The translations under genes were made by a program, and so were the position numbers. This document shows, piece after piece, positions 19,180 through 29,688 of a DNA stretch of 64,000 nucleotides. Source of the DNA: Bdellovibrionota bacterium (GTDB taxonomy: Bacteria; Bdellovibrionota; UBA1018; CAIPTA01; JAALKR01); NCBI GenBank assembly GCA_965207455.1, contig CBDBMJ010000003.1, positions 192,001 to 256,000 on the forward strand, given 5' to 3'. Below the pieces are notes generated by a model that was given only the letters and a program-made list of their open reading frames with translations, made no database searches and was not told where the DNA came from. The stretch's first letter is position 1; every line of letters starts with the position of its first letter.

Positions 19180-20166
19180 CTATTTTGTAAGATCCGTACG
19201 TTCTATAAACTGAGAACCCATCGCACGAAATCTCGCTGTCCGCTCTTTCTTTAATGTCTCACCAGACTTTTCCATCAGCTTCTTAAGATGAAACTTGAGT
19301 CGCTTCTCCAGTATTTTTGCCGACTCCTGATGATCTTGGTGACAACCCCCCTGGGGCTCCGGCACAATCTCATGAATTACACCTAGAGAAAGAGCATCCT
19401 CTGCACCCATTTTTAATACTTGGGCAGCTTTTTTGTGCTGACCGCTGTCGCTCCAAAGAATCGAGGCACAACTCTCCGGAGAAATCACAGAATATATGGA
19501 AAACTCTTGCATCAGTAGACGGTCTGCCACCGCAATCGCCAACGCTCCACCTGATCCACCCTCTCCAATCACCACGCCAATAACGGGAACCTCTAGGGAA
19601 AACATGCGCATAATACTGTCGGCAATGGCTTCACTTTGCCCCCGCTCCTCAGCACCCAAGCCAGGGTACGCCCCAGGCGTATCAATAAATGTAATAATGG
19701 GTATCGAAAATCGACTAGCCAGATCCATCAAACGAATAGCCTTCCGGTACCCTTCAGGCTTTGCCATACCAAAGTTTCGCTTTATTTTTTCCTTCGTCCC
19801 ACGACCCTTCTGTTGACCAATCACCATCACGGGTTGTTTGCCTAAATTCCCTAGACCACCGATAATGGCCGGGTCGTCTTGAAATTTTCTGTCTCCATGG
19901 AGCTCCTGAAAATCCGTGAAAATATGCTCTATATAATTAAGGGTATAGGGACGGTTGGGATGACGAGACAACTGCACTCGCTGCCAAGGCGTGAGCTTTC
20001 CATAGACCTCACGGGTAAGCTGCTTGAGCTTGCTTTGCAGCGCATTAATCTCCCCACTGAAATCTATACCCCCATGACGAGACATGCCCTGCAACTCTTG
20101 AATTTTTTTCTCCAAGTCTAAAATAGGCTGTTCGAAGTCGTAGTTCTGGTCCATAAACAATGCCAC
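19180..20166 (-). CDS. accA: Acetyl-CoA carboxylase carboxyltransferase alpha subunit
   Basis: ELHGDR, RNFGMAKPEGYRKA, DTPGAYPG, GEGGSGGA. Confidence 0.96.
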   Translation of the reverse strand: MALFMDQNYDFEQPILDLEKKIQELQGMSRHGGIDFSGEINALQSKLKQLTREVYGKLTPWQRVQLSRHPNRPYTLNYIEHIFTDFQELHGDRKFQDDPAIIGGLGNLGKQPVMVIGQQKGRGTKEKIKRNFGMAKPEGYRKAIRLMDLASRFSIPIITFIDTPGAYPGLGAEERGQSEAIADSIMRMFSLEVPVIGVVIGEGGSGGALAIAVADRLLMQEFSIYSVISPESCASILWSDSGQHKKAAQVLKMGAEDALSLGVIHEIVPEPQGGCHQDHQESAKILEKRLKFHLKKLMEKSGETLKKERTARFRAMGSQFIERTDLTK

Positions 20167-20210
20167 AATAGCAAGCTAAGTGCCAAACCGCAAGGTAAAG
20201 GCTTTTAGTC

Positions 20211-20246
20211 AAAAAAAAGCCCTCCTTATGTCTAAAGAGAGCTTTC
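20211..20246 (-). terminator. Putative terminator after the 20275 gene
   Basis: Imperfect hairpin AAAGCCCTC...GAGAGCTTT with an A-run on the plus strand. Confidence 0.4.
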
Positions 20247-20274
20247 TATTTCTAGTCTGTGGTGAAAGGAAAGT

Positions 20275-20919
20275 TTATTCGCACTTACTACTAGTAAAGG
20301 TTTCTCGCGATTGAGGCGAAGCAGTCATCGCAGCATAAACTGAATTCATATATTGTTCAACATAGACTCTAATTTCTTTTTCTGTAAAACCATACTTCAC
20401 TGCCCTCTCTTCATCCGACATTTTCATTAATTCTGATACGGGATGATGATCCGCTCCAGATTCTAAATCTGTCTTTACTTCCTGCCATAGCTGATCTATC
20501 AGTTTACAACTAATAAATAAAATTCCTCGACTATGTCCTTCAATATACCCTTTAGCAAATGCTCTCTTGGATATATCTGTGGTTTTTGCACCCTCTTTTA
20601 CTTGCTTCATTCGAGCATTACTCACATCTCGAGGATCGAGGGACATTGAGTGATAAGCCTCAGGCGATGCATGATCCTCCTCCCAACCTATAACTTTACC
20701 CAGACCTCCGTTCAAAATTCCTTCCCTATACCCAGTAAAGTGCCCAACATAGAATTCACGCAATGCTTTCAACTGCTCTGTTTGATCGTAGACTTTCAGA
20801 ACTCGAGTAGATCTATGTGGTGTGGGACTACCAAATGCGCTGGGATTATTATCAGCAGCATTTCCAACGGTTGGTAATGCTATGGCAAGTGCCATTGCTG
20901 TAATTGTTAATTTTTTCAT
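20275..20919 (-). CDS. Hypothetical secreted protein
   Basis: AGGAG RBS and signal peptide MKKLTITAMALAIALPTVGNA; no family recognised. Confidence 0.75.
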   Translation of the reverse strand: MKKLTITAMALAIALPTVGNAADNNPSAFGSPTPHRSTRVLKVYDQTEQLKALREFYVGHFTGYREGILNGGLGKVIGWEEDHASPEAYHSMSLDPRDVSNARMKQVKEGAKTTDISKRAFAKGYIEGHSRGILFISCKLIDQLWQEVKTDLESGADHHPVSELMKMSDEERAVKYGFTEKEIRVYVEQYMNSVYAAMTASPQSRETFTSSKCE

Positions 20920-21075
20920 TATTGCTTTTCTCCTTTGTTTTGAACTGCATGCAAGCACGCTAGTTCGGTTTACTGCTTAACTTGATGCATTATGCCCAAT
21001 ATAACGCATAAAGTCAATCTTATTTTAAGTGATACAGAAAAACTGCAAGTGTCTGAATTTAAAGAAAGAATCTCT

Positions 21076-22428
21076 TTATGCGCTCACATTCACATCATTG
21101 AGTAGGCTGTAGTGGGGGCCATAATAGGCCTGCCTTCCGTCCATTCCATTAACATTGATAAGAGTGGAGGTATCGGACCAGCGTATTTTAGAAAAATTTG
21201 TGGGAAATTTTCCAGACAAGCTCCCGCCCTTTATATAGGTGACGGTATTTTTTTCGTTATCGTATAGGCGAGCTAGGCGAATTTCGGAAGAGAAAGTTAA
21301 GTCATTGGCAGAAGTAAATAGACCTGAGAATTGTAGTATTTCTAAAACCTGAGGCGCACTTTTGCGAAGCGAATCCACGGACTGAGATTGTTGTGGCTCT
21401 AGGACTACTGTGCCTTGGTTGGTGGTAACTTCTTTTTTTAAGTAGTCGGAAAACTTTTTTTCCGACGGATTGCAAATAATCTGATTGTCTTTTGCCAGCA
21501 CTTGTTTTTTTTGTGCATCCCCATAGCTATCAAATAAACAAGAGCCAAAAGAATGGATCATCTCTGGATCTAGGGATAGAGAAAAGGGGTGACCTTCAAA
21601 ATTAGGAATGAGTGGTTTTCCCGTTTCCATAAACGGAGTATTGAAATATTTATTTCTAGTGTTTAGCTGAGACAATACATCGCTAAATATTGGACACATA
21701 TCTGCGGCACTCAACAGTACGGCATACTTGCCCGTTTTTGGTCCTTCCTTAGTAAGAGAGTATTTTGCAAAATCCGCTGATTGAGTGCACATTTTCGGAA
21801 AGTCCATCTGCTTGGAACTACCCGACCATTGGGTAAGTAAAAACTCCTCGGCCATGTTTTCATTTTTTTCGGAAAAACAAACTTCCGTATAAATTTGGGT
21901 TTGAAAATTTTCACCGCAAAAACCGTTGCTCAAAAAAAGTTCTCTCCGGTCTCGTGAGACAAATAACTCTGCTGAATTAAAATGTCCCTGCTCCGTGTTT
22001 TGTATGGCTTCCACTAAGTTCTTGCCCATCTCCTCTGTACTCGCACCCAAGTTTTCCCAAATAAGGGGGTCGGCTCGATTCTTATGGGGAATTTTCGGTG
22101 GGTTTTCCTGCAAGCTCCAACGCTCCTCTTCTCCTAGGTGAGCTGTTGCTATAAGGGTTTCTACTTGTTGATGGAGGTTGTTTGTAAAGAAAAACTTTTT
22201 TCCAGCAGCGCCAAGTTTTTTCTCTTTAGAGACTTCTATGGAAACGTAAAGAAGTTTCTCTTGGACAAATCGACGTTGATCCAGGGATGCGGTTTGTGTC
22301 TTGTCTTGAATAAAGTAGGCCTCTTCCCTGTCTGTGGAAATGTTTCTTACCGTCCATTGAAAAATGGATCCATCTTTTTTTTTGGCTTCCAGTTCTTTTA
22401 GTAAATTATCTATCGTCCAATTTTCCAT
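21076..22428 (-). CDS. TldE/PmbA-like subunit
   Basis: Directly follows tldD; GKYAVLL, FDSYG motif, TFSSEIRLA; no HExxH. Confidence 0.75.
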   Translation of the reverse strand: MENWTIDNLLKELEAKKKDGSIFQWTVRNISTDREEAYFIQDKTQTASLDQRRFVQEKLLYVSIEVSKEKKLGAAGKKFFFTNNLHQQVETLIATAHLGEEERWSLQENPPKIPHKNRADPLIWENLGASTEEMGKNLVEAIQNTEQGHFNSAELFVSRDRRELFLSNGFCGENFQTQIYTEVCFSEKNENMAEEFLLTQWSGSSKQMDFPKMCTQSADFAKYSLTKEGPKTGKYAVLLSAADMCPIFSDVLSQLNTRNKYFNTPFMETGKPLIPNFEGHPFSLSLDPEMIHSFGSCLFDSYGDAQKKQVLAKDNQIICNPSEKKFSDYLKKEVTTNQGTVVLEPQQSQSVDSLRKSAPQVLEILQFSGLFTSANDLTFSSEIRLARLYDNEKNTVTYIKGGSLSGKFPTNFSKIRWSDTSTLINVNGMDGRQAYYGPHYSLLNDVNVSA

Positions 22429-22430
22429 AA

Positions 22431-24026
22431 CTACCCCAACAACACATTATCAACAAGCATGTAAGGACCACCGGAGCCGGCTTGCACCAACTCTTTGTGG
22501 TACTTTCCACAACCGCCAACCTTATTCAAGGGATGGTGACAAGTGTCCTGCTCCACCTTGTCTGCCTCTATTTTTGACTTCATTAAAATGGAATTAAGGT
22601 AATCGGGAGTATAGCCCGTCATTTGCACGGAACCGCCACTGGGACCATGAAACACTTGCCCCGTAAGTTTGCCGTCCTTGATTTCCTCCAAGTATGCAAT
22701 GCCAACTTGGATTCCCATACCTTTGGGATCTTCCATACCTCCGGCAGGATGGTGGGCTAAAAAACCATAGTCCACGGCCTTGAGGAGTTCGTCTAAGGTA
22801 TGTGTACCTTCGCTAAAGTAGGTATTGGTTTGACGAGTATACACTCCATGGGACCAACACTCCCGTTTTCCATTGGCTGTTCGGGGTACGGATAGGCGAA
22901 TGGCCGACGTTAGGTTTGTCATGGGGGACTGGAGAACTCCTCCCTTTACTAAGTATTGTTTTTTCGCTAGCCAACCTTCTTCGTCGAAATAATAGGAACC
23001 CCAGGCACCGAATCCTTGATCCGCATTTTTATAAATAGCTGGGTTATTGAGTATAGTCGCTAGTGCATTCCCCACAGATTCTTTGCTGTGGTAAAGTTCC
23101 CAAGCCTTCGACCGACCTCTAGCGCAGGTGTCTCCCTCCTGAGAGTGACCAAATGCCTCGTGGGCAAATACACCCGCAATATCGGGGCCCATAAGTAATT
23201 TATAGCGACCCGCCTTTAACGGTTTTGCTCCCAGTTGCTTCTCCAGCATGAAATATATTTCTTCCAACGATTCTGGGTCAAAGTGTACGGTTTCTCGTCC
23301 ACCCAGACCACCGTCCACGCAATAGCCCCGTTCTCCTTTTTTCATTGCCATGCCCGTTACTCGATTGCGCAGCAAGGACTGGGAAAGATTCACCTGTGCG
23401 TCCATAAAAAAGTAGTCCTCTTTGCTAAGAGCGAGAGAGGCTAGGCTAAAGTCCACATTTTTACAGGGATGGTTGGGGGGAAGTTTTTTTGCATACTCTT
23501 GAATCTCTTGCAAGTATTTTTCTACATACGTCATCGCTTGGGCATCCTCTGTCCAAAGCATTTCCTGAGAAGGAGTTCCAAAGTGTACATGGGTGTCTGG
23601 CTGTGGGTTAGGAGGAATTTGGCTCAAAAGCTCTGGTTCAAAGGCTCCTTCTTCCTCTAGGCGCTCCTTCCAAGTGGGAGCTTTATAGTACTTTGGTTTT
23701 CCTGTGGGGTTTTGGGGGATTCTTTTTACTAAATCAGATGCCTGATTTTCTAGATGGGATTTTTCCAAGGAGTCCGTTGCTTGTTCGTATAAAGTGAAGC
23801 CGTCGTAAATTCGTAGTACCACTCCTTGGCGAATATTCTCTGAGCTTGCTTGACCACGTTGGTTTCGTGTAAAAATCTTTTCTCCACGTCGTTCCAGCAG
23901 TACAGACACATACCATTGGGGATTGGGTGCTTGGAGAATATCGAGAAGCTTGGACAAATGGGTGTGGGTGGATGTGAGATAGGGTTCTGGGGTGGCCCGT
24001 ATAGGTGCTCTGTTCTGTTTTTCCAT
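22431..24026 (-). CDS. tldD: TldD family metalloprotease
   Basis: GVFAHEAFGHSQEGD, FDEEG, RQTNTYF, GCGK. Start ATG 24026 follows AGGAG. Confidence 0.88.
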   Translation of the reverse strand: MEKQNRAPIRATPEPYLTSTHTHLSKLLDILQAPNPQWYVSVLLERRGEKIFTRNQRGQASSENIRQGVVLRIYDGFTLYEQATDSLEKSHLENQASDLVKRIPQNPTGKPKYYKAPTWKERLEEEGAFEPELLSQIPPNPQPDTHVHFGTPSQEMLWTEDAQAMTYVEKYLQEIQEYAKKLPPNHPCKNVDFSLASLALSKEDYFFMDAQVNLSQSLLRNRVTGMAMKKGERGYCVDGGLGGRETVHFDPESLEEIYFMLEKQLGAKPLKAGRYKLLMGPDIAGVFAHEAFGHSQEGDTCARGRSKAWELYHSKESVGNALATILNNPAIYKNADQGFGAWGSYYFDEEGWLAKKQYLVKGGVLQSPMTNLTSAIRLSVPRTANGKRECWSHGVYTRQTNTYFSEGTHTLDELLKAVDYGFLAHHPAGGMEDPKGMGIQVGIAYLEEIKDGKLTGQVFHGPSGGSVQMTGYTPDYLNSILMKSKIEADKVEQDTCHHPLNKVGGCGKYHKELVQAGSGGPYMLVDNVLLG

Positions 24027-24083
24027 CTGAAACTCCTTTTTAGTCGTTTTATTTTTAACAAATCTATAGTAAAAACTCAAGGT

Positions 24084-25214
24084 ATGCGTAAATCTACTCT
24101 CTTAGCCTTATCACTTCCACTTTTGGCCTCTTTTCTTCTTTATTCCTATCCTGCCTTGGCAGACCTCAGATCTATTAAGCTCCCTCCAGGGTTTCGTATC
24201 TCTGTATTTGCGCAGAATGTCCCAGGAGCCCGTTCCCTTAGCCTCGGTCCCAAGGGGATCGTGTTTGTGGGCAGTAGGCAAGGTGAGGTATACGCATTGG
24301 AGGACAAGGACGGAGATTTTCGTGCAGAAAAAGTATATACGGTTGCCCGTAACCTAAACTTCCCCAATGGGGTGGCCTACTATAAGAAACACCTTTATAT
24401 TGCAGAAATTGACAAAATACTTCGCATCAAAAATATAAGCCAACACCTTCGCACCTCCACAACTACCCCGGAGGTGATCTATGAGAATCTTCCCAAGAAG
24501 AGCCACCATGGTTGGAAGTTTATTGCCTTTGGACCGGATGGAAAGCTTTATATTCCAGTGGGTGCTCCATGCAATATTTGTGACGACAAAACAGGACCAT
24601 TTGCAAAAATATTGAGATTAAATATAGCGGCAAAAGAAATAAAAAAGGAGAAACTAGAGGTGGTTGCCCACGGGGTTCGCAATACGGTTGGCTTCGACTG
24701 GCATCCAGAAACAAAGAAGTTATGGTTTACTGATAATGGGCGAGATCTTTTGGGGGACGATCAACCACCTGATGAGTTAAACCGGGTCTCCAAAAGCGGC
24801 AATCATTTTGGCTATCCCTTTTGCCATGGAGGCGACATCCTAGAACCTACTGTCCTGGCAAGAAATCGTCTCTGCTCCGAGTTCGTCGCTCCAGTAAGAA
24901 AATTAGGTGCCCATGTGGCAGCCCTTGGCATGCGTTTTTATAGAGGAAAGCAATTTCCTAAAAAGTACCATAATCAAATTTTTATTGCAGAACATGGTTC
25001 CTGGAATCGAAGCTCAAAAAGTGGCTATCGTATTACCTTAGTGACCATGAAAAATAACGGGGCAAAGCCCACCTATACATCCTTTGCCACTGGTTGGTTA
25101 CAGGGAGAAAAGGTTTCCGGCAGACCGGTGGATGTTCTCAATATGCCAGACGGATCTTTACTTGTCTCCGACGATCTCAGCGGCCAAGTTTACCGTATTT
25201 CTTATAAAAAATAA
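24084..25214 (+). CDS. PQQ-dependent sugar/sorbosone dehydrogenase family protein
   Basis: Signal peptide; LPPGFRISVFA, HHGWKFIAFGPDG, GVRNTVGFDW, HGSWNRS, GRPVDV. Confidence 0.88.
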   Translation: MRKSTLLALSLPLLASFLLYSYPALADLRSIKLPPGFRISVFAQNVPGARSLSLGPKGIVFVGSRQGEVYALEDKDGDFRAEKVYTVARNLNFPNGVAYYKKHLYIAEIDKILRIKNISQHLRTSTTTPEVIYENLPKKSHHGWKFIAFGPDGKLYIPVGAPCNICDDKTGPFAKILRLNIAAKEIKKEKLEVVAHGVRNTVGFDWHPETKKLWFTDNGRDLLGDDQPPDELNRVSKSGNHFGYPFCHGGDILEPTVLARNRLCSEFVAPVRKLGAHVAALGMRFYRGKQFPKKYHNQIFIAEHGSWNRSSKSGYRITLVTMKNNGAKPTYTSFATGWLQGEKVSGRPVDVLNMPDGSLLVSDDLSGQVYRISYKK

Positions 25215-25225
25215 TAGAGGGAGGG

Positions 25226-25900
25226 TTATTCTTCGAACAGGTCTTCATAAAATTGACTATACTCTCCGGTCCCCTCAAGGAACGTCATACTAAACAAGCT
25301 AAAGATAAAAAGTAAAAATAAAAGAAATAAAAATAAAAGTACCTGTGGTGTGAACACCACAAGCAGTGCCCGGGAAGAAGAGGTGGCAAATTGTTCTCGA
25401 ATGGCAATTACAAGCAAAGCAATTGTGGCAACATACGCCAGCAAGCCCCCTAATACGGGAACAACGGAAAGCCAAGAAGCAACAATGGCACAGCCTAAAA
25501 TTTTCAAGCAGGTTTTTTGATTCATATTTTCATGGCTAGGAAGGAATATTTTTGCAAATACATAGAGAATAATAGAATTGATAAAAAGCCAGGGAAGTAT
25601 GAAAAACGGATGCAGTAGGGCCTTGGCACTGGAGAAGAGAAATGCTCGCCCTTGATCCATGGAATCTGCCCCATCTACAGTGAGATAGCTACCAATCCAA
25701 TCGGAGAAAAATGTTGTGATGATGGCAAGTGATAGGGATTGGAAGAAAAATAAAAAAAGTGCGCTCAGCCAAGAGCTGAGTAAGCCCAGTGCTAGCACTT
25801 TGTGCAGATCTATTTCATTGAAGTCTCGACGAAAGAATGACGCTGGTTCCAGAAGAATGGATTGGCAGTAGTGTAGGTAGCTGCGAATAATTTGAGGCAT
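25226..25900 (-). CDS. Yip1-domain membrane protein
   Basis: ILLEPASFF start, about 5 TM segments, VPVLGG motif. Confidence 0.7.
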   Translation of the reverse strand: MPQIIRSYLHYCQSILLEPASFFRRDFNEIDLHKVLALGLLSSWLSALFLFFFQSLSLAIITTFFSDWIGSYLTVDGADSMDQGRAFLFSSAKALLHPFFILPWLFINSIILYVFAKIFLPSHENMNQKTCLKILGCAIVASWLSVVPVLGGLLAYVATIALLVIAIREQFATSSSRALLVVFTPQVLLFLFLLFLLFIFSLFSMTFLEGTGEYSQFYEDLFEE

Positions 25901-25916
25901 GTTGTTTTATTTATTC

Positions 25917-27428
25917 CTAGTATTTTTTGTTGGTTTGGTTTTTTTTGTTGGCAGCTTTATTGGCAGCTTTATTGGTGGCTTTATTGATTGCTCGCAACGC
26001 TTTCTCCACTTTTTCTTGGTCTGGATCCCAGAAGTTCACAATAGAAGAAGGCATTGCTTGGGTAAATTTTTGATTCATCTTTCGCAGTTCCTTTTTTCTC
26101 GCTCCGTTTACTATGCTTATTGTCCGATAATCTGTGCGGATTTGCAAATTTTTGATAGCTTCCTTTTCTATATCTAAGAATTCCACCTCAATATCCCAGT
26201 TATTTCTCCACAGTTTCCCTAACTTCGATTTGCTGGGAATAAAGCTGGCCACATTCTTTTCCAAAAAAACGTTCACAAATTCTTGAAATTTTTCGGAAGA
26301 AAACCGACTTGTGTTCTTTGGCGAGTTCTTTGATGGGTTCTGGGCTATCTCTTTCCATTCATTGCCGTTCACTTTTTCTAGGGTATGGGATTTTTTCCTT
26401 CCATTGCTGGAGATAAAGGAAAGGCGCGCATACATAATTTCATTTCCTTCTTGCATGATTCTTCTTTCCCGGTACTCAGGGAAGGTGCGGGAGAAATTCT
26501 TAAGCCTTGAGTGCTCCAATTCTGCTGACCAACTAAGGTCTGTGCTCTCCACCCGATAATTTTTACTGCCTTGGATAGGATACAGTTCTATTCTTTTCGT
26601 TTTTTCTTTCTCTGTAACGGATATGACGATAGCAGGAGGCCCTTGCTTTTTATTTTTATCTTCAGGCACTTCGCTCTTTGCACGAAAGGCGATGATCGAC
26701 CGCAATAAATTATTAAGTAATTCTTGATCGGCATCCACTTTTTGAGGTTGGGTGATCTGCCAAGTATTATTTTTTTTCTCCCCTGAAATGATGCCTTGTT
26801 TGCCATATTTCCATGAGATTGCCGTTACGTCTGATCTTTTTATTCCGTGGAGAATTTCTTTATTTCGCCAATGGAATTGAGTTCGATTGAGTGTGGCATG
26901 GATGTCCGCAGGAACGAGAAATATGGCCTCAGGCTTTTGTGATGCTTGGACATAACGGGTGCGCCCCAGGGGATTTTTTTCCCCCAGCCATAGTTTTTCC
27001 ACTGTAGTTGAGCCCGTCATTTGAATACGAAGCGAAATGGGAAAAGAATCAAAGCCAAACTCCTTTTCCCACTGAGGAACTTGTTTTTTTTCTAACCGCT
27101 CCACAAAAATCAAATTCCTTACGGAGTGGAGTAAGCTTGCCACATTTTTGCCTGCTGCTGGAAGAACCTTGGGCCTCACGATGTCCCATTTTTGGTTATT
27201 CGTATAATCACAGCCTTTGGGTTCTTTGCATTCTAGGCGAATAGTTCCTTTTTCTCCATTAAAGTCAATCTCCACCCAAGAAAATCGATCGTTCTTAAAT
27301 GAAAAGATACGCCTTTCCTCCCTAGCCTCTTCCGTTCGATTTTTCTTCCATACTAGGGAATCAAAAAAATACAGGCTACCCAAGATCATAAATACTATGG
27401 CTAAAATAAAGGACGTTTTTATATTCAT
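25917..27428 (-). CDS. DUF4340-domain protein
   Basis: N-terminal TM; repeated W.I..P and LGEKNP...YV motifs; typical fourth gene of Gld-type ABC operons. Confidence 0.75.
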   Translation of the reverse strand: MNIKTSFILAIVFMILGSLYFFDSLVWKKNRTEEAREERRIFSFKNDRFSWVEIDFNGEKGTIRLECKEPKGCDYTNNQKWDIVRPKVLPAAGKNVASLLHSVRNLIFVERLEKKQVPQWEKEFGFDSFPISLRIQMTGSTTVEKLWLGEKNPLGRTRYVQASQKPEAIFLVPADIHATLNRTQFHWRNKEILHGIKRSDVTAISWKYGKQGIISGEKKNNTWQITQPQKVDADQELLNNLLRSIIAFRAKSEVPEDKNKKQGPPAIVISVTEKEKTKRIELYPIQGSKNYRVESTDLSWSAELEHSRLKNFSRTFPEYRERRIMQEGNEIMYARLSFISSNGRKKSHTLEKVNGNEWKEIAQNPSKNSPKNTSRFSSEKFQEFVNVFLEKNVASFIPSKSKLGKLWRNNWDIEVEFLDIEKEAIKNLQIRTDYRTISIVNGARKKELRKMNQKFTQAMPSSIVNFWDPDQEKVEKALRAINKATNKAANKAANKKNQTNKKY

Positions 27429-27443
27429 AAGTGCCTCTTTATA

Positions 27444-28922
27444 CTACCGGCTACGGGATACTTTCCAAACCCACATACCTATACTGAAAATAGCAATGGG
27501 AAGAAAAATCACAACAATCCAAAAGAAAGCTCTCGTCCAATCAGGGTTTAACTCTAAGTTAGTATCTGTGGCTCCTTTTGAGCGAATGCTAATAAAGGAG
27601 TTCTGGTCGGAAAGCCAAGCAAGGGAATTCATAAAAAGATCTTTATTAGAAGCCATACTAATAAGGCCATTCACAATAAAGGCTGTTGTGGGAAATACAA
27701 CTATTCTTGCGGGTTTTTCCTCTGGCCCTGTTTCAATAGCTAGGGCTAGGTTTCTTTGTTCTTTCTTGTCTGTTCCCTTATTGTATTGAGCTAGACCTTT
27801 TCTCAAATCATTCCAATTTTTTTCTGCCCAGGTGCTGGGGGTAGACCGGGCTAGAATGCTCACCTTAACTTTTTCCTTTTTATTTTTTATTAAGTATGTG
27901 GTCAGTGGGAAAATAAAATTAGCTACTTGTTGGAATTTCACTTCGGTACGCGCAAAGTCCTTTGTAATTAAGTGATCTTTGGAGTAGGCGGAGCCAATAA
28001 TCATTTGTCCTTGGAGTTTGGCTTGCTTACTGGCTTCGTCGATAAGAAGTTCATTGCCCACGCCCACGCCGTAGTTTGCTTTTAAAAACTTAGCCATTTG
28101 TTTTGCACCAGGGGGGAGACCAGATAATTTCACATCCACGTCCAAGCCTAAAATAAGTCGCCCTCCAGAGGCAAGCCACTTCTGAATTCGCTGAATTTCT
28201 AGGGGCAAAAATCCTGATTGGGGTCCCGTAATAATCACCACACTAGCATCTTTAGGAATATCGGACTGTAGCAGATTTAAGGTACGTACCGTATAGGCTT
28301 CTCGTTCCATTAATGTGCGTAAAAGAGAAATGCTTTCTGCCGACTTTTCATTCCCAAGGTTTCGTTCTCCGTGCCCTACTGTAAAATACACCACCTGGTC
28401 TTTATTTTTGAGCAAGCGTATAATCCCGTTGGTAAGTTTTTCTTCGGACAAGCCCGTAACCTTAACTCTTTTTTGTTTCTCGGAAGAAACAAAGGACATT
28501 ACGGTGGTGTTATATTCTGTTACACCGAGAGCTTTTGCATAAGTGGGACGTTGGTTTACCTCTATAAATTCTATCTCTAAAAGTTTTGTTTCATTGCCGT
28601 ATGCTTTAAGTATTTTTTGTGCCCGCATTTTTTTTTCAGGAAACTGCCTAGAATTTCCAAAATAAGAGAAGCGTATTTTCTGAGGCAGCTCCTTGAGAAT
28701 CTTTGCGGTCTGAGGGCTAAGGGTATTAATGCCTCTAGCGGTTATGTCCCATCGGTAGTCATGTTCCACGGCAAAATAATTAATAAAAACAAGGGAGCCT
28801 AGAACTAAAAGAATAATCAAGGAAAGGTTGGCGCCATAGCGAGTAGATTTATAGGTAAAGAAGTGCAATAAATTCTGAAGGCGGGGAAGTATTTTGAAAA
28901 ATCCTTTTGGCATATTCGTCAC
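27444..28922 (-). CDS. GldG-family ABC transporter auxiliary protein
   Basis: RWDITARGINTLSPQT, VYFTVGHGE, NKDLFMNSLAWL, TM segments at both ends. Confidence 0.85.
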   Translation of the reverse strand: MTNMPKGFFKILPRLQNLLHFFTYKSTRYGANLSLIILLVLGSLVFINYFAVEHDYRWDITARGINTLSPQTAKILKELPQKIRFSYFGNSRQFPEKKMRAQKILKAYGNETKLLEIEFIEVNQRPTYAKALGVTEYNTTVMSFVSSEKQKRVKVTGLSEEKLTNGIIRLLKNKDQVVYFTVGHGERNLGNEKSAESISLLRTLMEREAYTVRTLNLLQSDIPKDASVVIITGPQSGFLPLEIQRIQKWLASGGRLILGLDVDVKLSGLPPGAKQMAKFLKANYGVGVGNELLIDEASKQAKLQGQMIIGSAYSKDHLITKDFARTEVKFQQVANFIFPLTTYLIKNKKEKVKVSILARSTPSTWAEKNWNDLRKGLAQYNKGTDKKEQRNLALAIETGPEEKPARIVVFPTTAFIVNGLISMASNKDLFMNSLAWLSDQNSFISIRSKGATDTNLELNPDWTRAFFWIVVIFLPIAIFSIGMWVWKVSRSR

Positions 28923-29686
28923 TCCATGGTCCGTTCAATGTCGAAAACCGTATACGCTCCAAAAAGAGCAAGGCAGGTGAATGATACATAATAGGCTATA
29001 TCTACAATGGTTATAATTCCCTGTGAGAAGTTAAAAAAATGGGAAATGATGGAAAGGTAGTCGAAAAGTCCTCCCCAGGATGAGCCGGACTGAGAACCCC
29101 ATAGGCCCACGAGCCAAAAAAACAGGAGCGTTCCAAATGTCATCACAGCAGAGATAATTTGATTTTCCGTACAAGAACTCCAAAAAAGACCTATGGCTAT
29201 ATAGGTACTTATCACCAGCAGTACTCCTAGGTAACTTCCCAGCAGTATGCCCACATCTGGGCTAGCACCGAAGAAAAGGACGAGGGGATAAATAAATGTT
29301 CCTGCCAGCATAACGGAGATCAAACCAACCCCGGCCAAAAACTTCCCTAAAATAATATCAATGGAGCGGATGGGGGCCGCCATCAATAGGGTAAGGGTCT
29401 GTTCCTTGCGCTCCTCGGATATTAGGCGCATGGTAATAAAGGGCGCCACAAACAGTAAAATTACATTAATGTTCCCAAACATGGGTGCGATAATATGTTC
29501 TGAAATAGTGGGTTTCGGTCCTTGGCTTACTTGCATAAATTGTAACTGCGACTGCTGAAAATAACTAAGCAGATTAAAAAACACATAACCCACTAAAGCT
29601 AAAAAAACAGAAATAATAATATAAGCGATTGGGGAATAAAAATAACTCCGAAAATCTTTTTGAGCGATTAAAAGAATTTTACCCAT
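28919..29686 (-). CDS. ABC-2 permease (GldF-like)
   Basis: YFYSPIAY, TMRLISEERKEQTLTLL, ILGKF, SSCTENQI. Confidence 0.88.
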   Translation of the reverse strand: MGKILLIAQKDFRSYFYSPIAYIIISVFLALVGYVFFNLLSYFQQSQLQFMQVSQGPKPTISEHIIAPMFGNINVILLFVAPFITMRLISEERKEQTLTLLMAAPIRSIDIILGKFLAGVGLISVMLAGTFIYPLVLFFGASPDVGILLGSYLGVLLVISTYIAIGLFWSSCTENQIISAVMTFGTLLFFWLVGLWGSQSGSSWGGLFDYLSIISHFFNFSQGIITIVDIAYYVSFTCLALFGAYTVFDIERTME

Positions 29687-29688
29687 GG

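Noticed and set aside
21076..24026. RiPP/microcin biosynthetic cluster around tldD/E
   Set aside because: No precursor peptide, YcaO or other modifying enzyme nearby.
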